Below the pieces are notes generated by a model. It was not told the DNA's origin. It did no database searches and worked only from the letters and a program-made list of their open reading frames with translations. This document shows, in pieces, positions 53,330 to 64,000 of a DNA stretch of 64,000 nt; position 1 is the first letter of the stretch, and each line of letters starts with the position of its first letter. Made by a program: the position numbers and the translations under genes. Source of the DNA: Octopus vulgaris. Lineage: Eukaryota. Location: the NCBI GenBank assembly GCA_951406725.2, contig OX597817.1, forward strand, positions 64,604,001-64,668,000. Direction: 5' to 3'.

Positions 53330-54655
53330 CTGGGTGAGGCAGAGAGGACAGACGTTTTTGAAAAATTCACACAATCATTAATTTTACCTCCAAACAAATT
53401 TTATTGACATTAATGTGTTCATATTGAATTAGCATTTGTCAAAATCAAGTGTGGAAAACAACATCCATCATGTGGTGTCCGTTTTCATTGATGCATTTCA
53501 GAAGGCGTTCTTAGAAGTTGGCCTCCACTCTCTCTAGCATTACTCTATCAATTTGGGCAACTTCCATGCGAATAGCTCCCTTCAAATTGTCCAATGTACA
53601 GGCTTATGCACATACACATGTGCCTTGAGGTGTTCCCACAAGAAATAATCACACATGGACAAATCAGGGAACTAAGGGGTCTAAGGAATGTCATCAAACC
53701 TGGAAATGAGGCAGTCACTGAAGAGAGGGTGAAGAACATCCATTGATGCTCTGGCTGTGTGGGCTGTCACCCCATCCTGCTGAAACCACACGCATCGAAT
53801 AGACATGTTTGCATTGTAATTTAGGCACAAAGAAGTTGTTTATCCTCTCGATGTAATGCTGGGAGTTCACAATAACAGCATTTCCATTATTATCTTCAAA
53901 AATGTAAGGACCAATGACAGCAGCTTTTCCAACAGCATACCAGATCATCACTTTTGGGCTGTGCAGTGGTCTTTCATGCAGTTCTCTTGGATTTTCAAGG
54001 GCCCAATAATGACAGTTCTGCTGATTCCCCATGCCACTGAGATGAAAATGAGCTTTATCACTCGTTAACAAAATGAGGTTGTCATTTTGCCTAAAAAATT
54101 GTTTCTATCTGATGTGCGAAGTTAAGCCGCTGCACATAAACCCATGGTTTCAACTGATGCCCAATAACCAATTTGTACAGGTGAAAATGCAGGTCTTCGT
54201 GCAAAATATGCCTTACTGATTGATTACTGATGCCAAGTTCAGTGGAATGCCATCAAGCAGAGTGATTCAGACTGTGTATCAAAGCTTGTCTGATGCATTC
54301 CACATTTTCCAGGGTCCATACCATTTGTGGCGCCCCCACCAGTCTCCTATTCATTAGTGTACCTCATGTATGAAGTGCATTCACCTAATATACAAGTAAG
54401 AACAGCCTGATTTTGGTGAATTTTGAAGTGGTGCTGAAACTCACGCTGAACTGCTGTTACAGACTCATTATTCTTCACATAACAGTCATGGGCAAAAATG
54501 TGATGCTCTATCATCCACAGCCCTATAGCTTCACCTCAAAAGAGAAAAATGCTAAGACACCTCGGATTGAATGGCACCTGTCGGACATATGCCTTGCATC
54601 CTTGGGGCTGAGCAATAGCCATTTCAAAAACGTCCATCCTCTCTGTCCCACCCTG
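53330..54655 (-). mobile_element. Decayed Tc1/mariner-superfamily transposon (rosa/DD41D-like motifs)
   Basis: TA-flanked ~30-bp TIRs (CAGGGTGGGACAGAGAGGATGGACGTTTTTGAAA); SD(K)AHFHLSG..NQQNC.YWA.ENP.ELHERPLHSPKV..W.AV....IGPY motif. Confidence 0.88.
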
Positions 54656-55959
54656 TATATAGCTCTTACCAGATCATCATGCTTAAGTGCAATGCAATTA
54701 ATCAAGTTCTGCTCTTCATGTACTTTGGTTTCGATAGAACTTATAAAACTTTAATGGGGTTGTAGGCTATATTTCAGATGTAGGAGGAATGGTGTGAAGA
54801 CTGGTGGGAGTTGGATTCGGTTGAAGGGAAAGAGAAAGACAATGAAGTCATTGCAGCAACATTGAAGTTGACAAGCAGTAGTAGGGAGATGATAAAGATG
54901 ATAAAAGTTGCATAGTTGATGGACAATAAATGCATAACATACACTTACACACACTCCCGTGTTCAATCTTCTGTCCATCACCTGACAACACACACACAAA
55001 CACACATAGAGACATAGCTATAGTTTAATTAGAAGGCTAAATATGATAAGCAGTTAGCAGGTGGAGGTAAGGAAATGGTAGAGTTACATAGCCAAATATG
55101 TGTGTGTGTGTGTGTGTGTTGTACATGAATGTATGTATTCATGTATGCATGTGTGCATTTGAAAAAAATCTTTTTGATTTCTAGATTTTTAGCATGGGAT
55201 ATTATATTTTGCAAATAAAATCTTTTTCAAAATTTCAATTTTTTTCATTCTTTCCTTTCTTGGAAATGTTTTTCAGAATTTTGTGTTAAAAACAGGAGAT
55301 TGTGATTCTCAAAAAACAATAAGGTTAATATTTAGGGTCAGGGATTATGGATTAATATTTTACAGTAAACTTAGAGTTTAGAGCATAGGGTTTAGAATTT
55401 AGGGCTAGAGTTTAGTGTTACAATTCAGGTTTACAGCTAAATGAAGAAATTAAATACAAATCATTCTGTTGGCAAATAATATTCTTTTAATTTGTTTTGT
55501 AAAATCATAATCTGTTGTTTAAAATGAAAATCCAAAGAAATTTTCTAAACAAATGGAAAAAAGTTACGTGGGTTACTTAGTCTGTTACTCTGCTTATTGT
55601 TTGTCAAGAAACTTCGTTATAATTTTAGTAATTTACATTGCACCATTAAAGTCAATTCTCTCTGCCTTCAGTCCAACTAATGCTGGGTATTTTGGCTAGT
55701 ATTAACTATCACTTTGACCTAGATGAGGATTATGATAAGAAATTACCATATATAGTATGTTTATTAACAAGTACAGAAGGTGCTAGTCATAGCTTGTTGG
55801 TTACAGGAAATTTCTTCATCTGCCCCACCTCCAACAAATGTAGGTAATAAGGAGTAATATATATAGGTGATATATGAGGGGTGTATGTAAATTGTAATAG
55901 GTAGGCAATTACACCATAAATAACAGCCAGTGTTCTTACAGGTTTTGCTTTTTAATTTA

Positions 55960-56365
55960 TGCAGTCATAGCTGTGTGGTTAAAAAGCTTGCTTTCCAGCC
56001 ATGTGGACTCGGGTTCGGTCCTACAATACATCACCATGGGCAAGTGTCTTCTGCTGTAGCCCTGGGACAACTAAAGCCTGTAAGTGGATTTGGTAGACAG
56101 AAACTGAAAGAAACCTGTCATATATGCATGTGTATGTGTGTCTTTGTATTTGTGCTTGTCCCACTACGATCACCACTGAACAACCAGTGTTGGTTTTTTT
56201 ACATGCCTGTAACTTTGTGGTTCAGCAAAAGAGGCCAATGGAATAAGTACTAGGCTTTAAAAAAATATGTACTAGGATCAAATTTGTTTGACTAAACTCT
56301 TCAGGGTGGTGCCCCAGCATGGACACAGTCCAGCGATGAAATAAGAAAAAGGTAAAAGAAAAAGA
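55960..56365 (+). mobile_element. Old tRNA-SINE
   Basis: Similarity to 1574-1993. Confidence 0.75.
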
Positions 56366-56874
56366 TTGACAACCAACTTCATGTACTAAATCACTTTTCT
56401 AAAATAACAGAAGGTATCTACATAGATTAATTAAATCCCTCATCAAACTAATGGAAACACCTATGTGGCTGCATGACCTGCATGAAATAGCAACCACATC
56501 TGCTTAAAATCATATTGCACTATCTTAAATAAAGAAGAATATATTAGAACTGATATATAAAAACACAGGATGGTCACACTGGGAACACTTTTGATCACAA
56601 GACTTCTGAATCAGATCTGGTTTGTGGTTGAAGAATTACAATAACTTCCTGACTATTTCTATGAAAGGGTCTGCATGTGCAAATGTTTAAACTTTTAGAG
56701 AAGCATGTTTATCAATGAAGAGTGAATGGCTACAGCTATGAAAGCAAATCATGCTGCGGAGTGTGGCCTATAACTTCTCACCATTTTATATCCACATATT
56801 TGGAGCACTAAACCTTATTTCTAAGTCTAAGGTGAGTTAAGTCACTGCAGACTACAACTATCTCCCTCCTTCTC

Positions 56875-57715
<841 letters not shown>

Positions 57716-58982
57716 AATAATAATAACAACAACAACAACAGCAATAATCCTTTCTATTATAGGCACAAGGCCTGTAATTTTGGGTGAGGCGCTAAGTTGA
57801 TTACATTGACCCCAGTACACAACTGATTCTTCTTATTATTATTAAAGGATACATCTTGAACTATATTACCCAGTATATCCTTACTTTTTATTTATTGAAA
57901 TTTAGCTTCTATTTCTTGCAAGATGAATGACAATGTAGAGGCTCCTTGTTTAGTTCATTTTCTCCCATTTTTATTTTTAGAATGATGGTTAGAAACAGTT
58001 ATTCAAAACATGGAAGAAAATGAAGAAAAATTCAAAATTCATTTTGTTTTTTACAAATGTTATATTAAATTCATATAAATAATCTAATTGAAACAGTTAT
58101 CACTTTTAAGGGATAAGGCACTCTAATATTAATTAAAATTACAAGCAACTCCAATCAATGACTTGTTTTTCTCCAATTTGTCTAGATTTGAAGGAAGTTG
58201 AGATCCAAAAACAAAGAGGCAGCCTTATAAAGACGTTTAATTATCCAAACACACACAGGTTTACTTTTTTTTGTTGCTTGTTTGTTTTTTCTGTGTTTGT
58301 ATTTGTTTTGAGTGAGATTCTTTGAAACATGTGATGTTTAATGTCAAAGATACTTCAAAGAGATATGAAATGCACATACATTTATAAAATATATATATAT
58401 ATATGCACATGCATGCATCTATGTACATTCATACAGTAAATGAATGTGCATAAAAATAAACACATATATTGACATGCATTGATACACATATACATGCACA
58501 AAAACACATACTATATAAACATAACATACACACACACACACAAACATATATATGCATCCATAGACATAAAACATACACTTATATATACATATACAGATGC
58601 AAACACATACACACACTGTGCGCACGCATACACACACACACACACACACACACATGTAGGAAAAAGATATACATATGCACATCATGCACAATCAGCCAAT
58701 GAAATATACATGGAAACATAAATTTTCAGTCACATATAATGTGTATAAAATGCAATGTGTGTGTGCAAATAACCGTATATTATTGCAGATGCATGCACAT
58801 ACATGTAAATCTACATATTCCGCTTTGAAAATATTATCATTGTATGATTTTTATATTTTAATGCCAAACATTATTAAAATGATAGGTGACATTTTTGTAA
58901 AAAAAACATCTATTGTAAAAATTGTTTATGATTTCTTATTCTTCTTAACTTTCCCCCTCTCTCTCTCTCTCTGTACACACAC

Positions 58983-59022
<40 letters not shown>

Positions 59023-59467
59023 TATATATATACATATATATATATATGCATGCATATATATATACATAATATATAGAAAGAGGGGTGGGTGGGAAAGCAA
59101 GATAGACAGATAGCATATAATGCAGACACACAAATATGCATACACATGCATATAATATATAGAGAATACATATATGTGTGTGTATATTTACATAATATAA
59201 TATAATATATATATATTTATAAAGAGAGAGAGACACGTGAGACATATAAATGTTACATGTATACATATATTTACTGATTTTAATATATTTTTACCATACT
59301 GTCTTAGAATCTTTCCTATTGTTGTCATTGTTGTAACTACAAATGTCTTTAATTTTATTTTGCAATTGTCAAAGAATTTAACCCCACCACCATCACCACC
59401 ACTACCGCTCAACCAATCCTAAAAAGAATAGAAAAGACAAGATTCTAAACACTGCATTGGAACATAC

Positions 59468-59705
59468 AAGAATGGTGACAGGCTTCTCCTTCAACTTCAT
59501 GGCAATTGTCATTGCAAAGAAGAAAGAAGGAACAAGTATCTTAACATTTTTGAATAAATGATGGTTACTTTTGTTGTAGTAGTTTTTTTTAGATAGAAAA
59601 GTGTGGATTGCTGAGAAAATAGCATTCCAGGTTCCCTGCTCTGGAGAAGCAGCCAAATAGTTCAATAATTTGTGTATTGTTATCAACACTGTACAGCGTC
59701 TGTAC
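59468..59705 (-). CDS. Isolated low-confidence candidate exon
   Basis: ttctctag|...CTT|gtatgt, 238 nt stop-free in non-repetitive AT-rich DNA; no recognisable homology. Confidence 0.2.
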
Positions 59706-60845
59706 CTAGAGAACTTAGCTCTATTAAAAGATAAATCATGTTATTACTAACATAGTTCATATATAGAAAACATTAACAAAGCTAACTAGAAATAATCATG
59801 GGGTGATAGAGAGATTCAGAAGAAGTCATAATTAAGTTAATATTCAGTTTTAACATATTTAACTTGAAATAAAAATATAGTGAGACAGACAGACAGACCG
59901 GCAGTTCAATTAGTGTTAACATATATCAAGTAGAGAGCAATAAACAGTTAGCAAGAAATAATTAGGTAAGGATTTATATTAATTTCTTTTTTCTAATGAG
60001 TACATTACACAAATCCAAGTATGTTTTAGTCTTATTCTGACCTCATCAACAAAGCATAGCCTTCACTATTCTTGCTAAAATAAGAGTGAAAGACTCACTA
60101 GGATGGTATCTGTGAATAATTCATCCTTGATGGCTGGAGTTAAGTACCCATCAAGCATTAAGATCAATCACTTATATCCTCATCCCATTCTCCATCATAC
60201 ATTTGGGGCCTTGTGCCTCAGTTAAGAACAATGCTATCAACATCAATTCAGTCCAAGGTTGAATACAGTGGTCAAATCAATTACTGGTATTTAGTCATGT
60301 CCCTCTACATTCAGTGTTTAAAGAGTATTAGAGTTGACCATTGATAAAATATTGAACATGTACTGGAGATGATAAACCTAATTAGACCTTTCACCAGAAT
60401 TCATAATCTTGAGTCAAATTTAGAAATCATCCTCATCAAAGATAAGTTCCTTGAATTTAACTGTAGCTGTTTTAGTCTGACTCCTTACTCACTTCCCTGT
60501 TTTCAAATCTCATCAAGTACAACTTTACTTTCCATAACCCCAAATATACACATGTGTTGGAGGTTAATAAGTGGCAGGGGTCAAGGATGATGTGTAGAGA
60601 TGAAGAAGGATATAGGAGTGAATGTAGTAAGAAGTGGAGAGGTGATTAATAATACATATGAATTGGGGACTTCTTTCAGTTGCTATCTATCTATTCTACT
60701 TTCAAGGCATTGGATAGCCTGAAACGATACAAGAAAACACTTGTCCAAAGTGCCATGCCATCAAACTAAAGCCGGAAGCCATATAGCTATATAGCTGCAA
60801 AGTGAACTTTTGAACCACACAACCAAGCCTGCACCATCTATGTAC

Positions 60846-60892
<47 letters not shown>

Positions 60893-60970
60893 TTAGAGCA
60901 TCTACATTTTAGTGTGCATCTCCTCCAGATTTATGTATTTCTACAAATGATATATATATATATATATATA

Positions 60971-61900
60971 CTAGCATTATGACCCGGTGTTGCCGGGTCA
61001 TAGTGCATGTATATATGTGTATATATATGTGTACATATTACATGTACATCTATATATATATACATCTACACATAAATATACAAAATACAAAGTTATATCT
61101 TGATATCTTGTCCTCCCTCTTGTATAGAAGTATGACTACAATCCAGCCTACCTCTACTTCTGGGGGGACATTTTAAATTTTTATCCAGGACATACTACGT
61201 CCCAGATATAAAGGTAAAAATAAAATATTTCCACTTTGCAAGGTTCGAGTCGAGTACTCCCTTGCACGCTCTGTTGACTCGAACCTTGCTTCTATTGTGG
61301 CGAATTTACCGCCTCTGGTTAGATACTTGATATCTTTCATAGTCGCACCAAGACACTTTTCGATGGTGCTTTCCTCCAGGTGTTCAAATCTTTTTTTCTC
61401 TCTACATTATATACTTTATAGACAATAGTCTTTTCTTTAATTTTATTTTTTATTTCATTTGGTGGTGTTACCCTAGATTCACCGTCTTTGTTAGTTTATC
61501 CGAAATAGGTTTATATTTCTTCCATTTTAATTTTAATGAGTTCGCACCCGCCGACAGCTGCAGCGAAATTCACTTTTGGACTTTCTTCTATCAAAGACAT
61601 TTTAACAAAAATGCTTCCATATAAATGGTGAAAATATTGTCAATTTCCCCAAACAGGGACACAATTCAATTTTTAAACAATAACCAAAGCTCCTTCTCCC
61701 AAAAGGGGAGGGTTACGGTTTACAATTATTTAACAAATGCAACACAACAACTCTTCCCTTACGAGGAACCAACAAACGTGATAACAATAGTTAAACAGTA
61801 ATAATAACAACAAACCTTACGGTGAATCAAAAAGCAGTACTCAGTAGCAGCGTCTGTTCGAGAAAACAGACATTACATACAGCCTAATACTTCATATAGA
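60971..61900 (-). mobile_element. Non-autonomous Helitron-type element (~930 bp)
   Basis: Minus strand ends with hairpin TATGACCCGG-CAACA-CCGGGTCATA then ATG-CTAG|T; starts A|TCTATATG at 61900; CpG-richer than flanks. Confidence 0.65.
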
Positions 61901-62472
61901 TACTTAATGCTAGCTAATTAGCAGATAATCTAATGTAAAAGCCGTGGTAAAGGGTATGCGCACAGCTCCATCTGGACTATTCCATTTCTGCACTTTAATT
62001 TTAATTTAATTTATTCCCATTCATGTGAAACCACTTATTCAAGTTCAAGTCATTGATGCAATTTTATACCAATTGCTATTTTTACTTTTAATTGTTATGT
62101 TACGATTTAATTATTATATTATACTTTAGTTTGATTTTAATTATTACTTACTACATATAATTCAATTGTTATCATTATCTCTAATTTTTATTGTTAAAGT
62201 GAAAGTATCTGACATAAAATAGAGAGATGTTTTTGTTTCACTTTTAACACGTAATACTGAAATAGTGGAGAAGATATGATATTGCTATGGTCTCACCCTA
62301 GGCAAGAAGTTGAACATTTTTTTTTTGCCCATTACACTACATGGACCCTAAGTAAGGCATGTGTAATGAAATTGGTTGTGTAGTTCTCAAGTTTTAGGGA
62401 ATCATAGTGGAGAAGATATGATATTGCTGTGGGCTCACCCTAGGCAAAAAGTTTTTAAAAATTTTTGATGAT

Positions 62473-62532
<60 letters not shown>

Positions 62533-62559
62533 TACATATACATTAATATTATCATCATT

Positions 62560-64000
62560 GAAAGTTGAAAACCAAAGGCTGCCATCTCCACCATCTCTGA
62601 CACCAAATTCTATAACAACTATGGAGTTTACATCTGCAATGCTGCAATGTCACCTTAAGAATAATCAAAACTATGCCTCTCCTGGTTTTGATGCTGTTAC
62701 ATACTTGCTTCTCAAATGTGGTAGATGCTTTCTCCTGAACCAGCTTTCACTCTTCTTTCAGTTCTGTCTTAACAACAGTGCTACTCTGGAGCAGTGAAGA
62801 ACTGCTAGTGTCATTCTTCTGTTCAAAAAGGGTGACTGCACATCGCCTGTCTACTATCGTCCAGTCAGTCTTACAAGCTGCATTTCCAAACTGATGGAAT
62901 CTTGTGTCAGAGAAACACTCTGGAACTTCTGGAATTCTCACAGCCTTATCTAGCCCTCGCAATTTGGATTTATTCCTAACTCCAGCTGCTGTGATCAACT
63001 TATCGAGTTTCTTGAAGATATCACCTGAGTCATTGATAGTGGCTCATGGGTGGATGTTGTTTACCTTAACTTTGCTAAAGCTTTTAATTCTGTGCCTCAC
63101 AAAAGGCATATGGAAAAACTCTCTGCAATAGGTGTGAAAGATGATCTTTTTCAACTGGTTGGAGTCCTCCATTCTTAGCCGAAAAGAGGTAGTCACAGTT
63201 CTAGGACAGCATTCTTCATCCTATGAGATGTCATCTGGTGTACCACAGGGATCTGTTCTTGGTTTCCTTTTGTTTGTTGCATACATTAATGACATAGATA
63301 CCAACTTAAAGAGTGCCACAGTGCTGAAATATGTACCTTGAGATAAAAAGGACAGATCCTGAACACCATAGATCTTTTCTGCTATCAAACCTGGACGCAA
63401 TGCAACAATGGATCACAGACTGGCAACTCAAGCTGCTTGTGAACAAGTGTACCGCCATGCATTCTCAGAGGAAAAACCCAGCATCCACATACTCTCTCCA
63501 CAACACTAATATCAAGAAGTCTTCTTGTGGACATGATCTGAACATTACTGTCAGCAGTGATTTGCTCTGAACAAAGTATATCTATAAAATTGTCAAGAAG
63601 GCCAAGGGTGTCTTGGCATCACTCAGAAAGACCTTTGTCAGCCACTCTCCAGCTATCTATTTAAGGCTTTATATGGCTATAGTGTGGCCACACTTGGAAT
63701 TTGCATCACCAGTTTGGAACCCTTATCTTGCTCAGGACATTGACTTCCTGGAAACTGTTCAGAGATATGCAACCAAGTGAATACCCTCCATCAGGCATCT
63801 ACCATACTCTGAACACTTTGCTTCCCTGGGCATAAAATACACTGAAGCTCTGATGTCTGGCAACTGACTTGGTAAACACCCACAAAATTATTAACCATTG
63901 TGCCAACAACCACCTTGAGCACCTTTTTGAGCTCCATATGTTTAACACATGTGGGCATGCCTACAAAGTCAGAAAACAGCAGAGCTCCTATGACTTTCAG
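62560..64000 (+). mobile_element. Decayed CR1-like LINE reverse transcriptase, running off the window
   Basis: LFKKGD...YRPVSLTSCISKLME, SQFGF, VDVVYLNFAKAFNSVPH, SGVPQGSVLG.LLFVAYIND, HLEFASPVWNP motifs with stops. Confidence 0.9.

Noticed and set aside
56735-56745. In-frame TGA as selenocysteine
   Set aside because: No redox motif context and no SECIS identified; a nonsense change or chance is simpler

Overview
AT-rich, microsatellite-dense eukaryotic DNA. The SINE families and repeat landscape suggest an octopus/cephalopod genome (inference from recalled repeat families, not a database match). Most of the window is transposable-element debris: tRNA-derived SINEs, RTE/CR1/Hero-like/R4-Dong-like LINE fragments, decayed mariner, DD37D and Tc1-like DNA transposons, Helitron-type non-autonomous elements, MITEs and Penelope-like remnants. 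Almost all ORFs in the supplied track are microsatellite or repeat artefacts. Three signals are not in the ORF track. (1) At least six hammerhead-ribozyme motifs, intact or degenerate, lie in Penelope-like repeats; several have a minimal stem III capped by a palindromic tetraloop (GATC, GGCC, AGCT), and one pair lies in a ~720-bp palindrome. (2) A phase-consistent four-exon minus-strand gene model (17881->14741) translates to a PH-domain-like sequence that may be decaying. (3) A few isolated candidate coding exons and long hairpins are also present. There is no rRNA, true tRNA or CRISPR array. Coordinates were read by eye and repeat boundaries are approximate.
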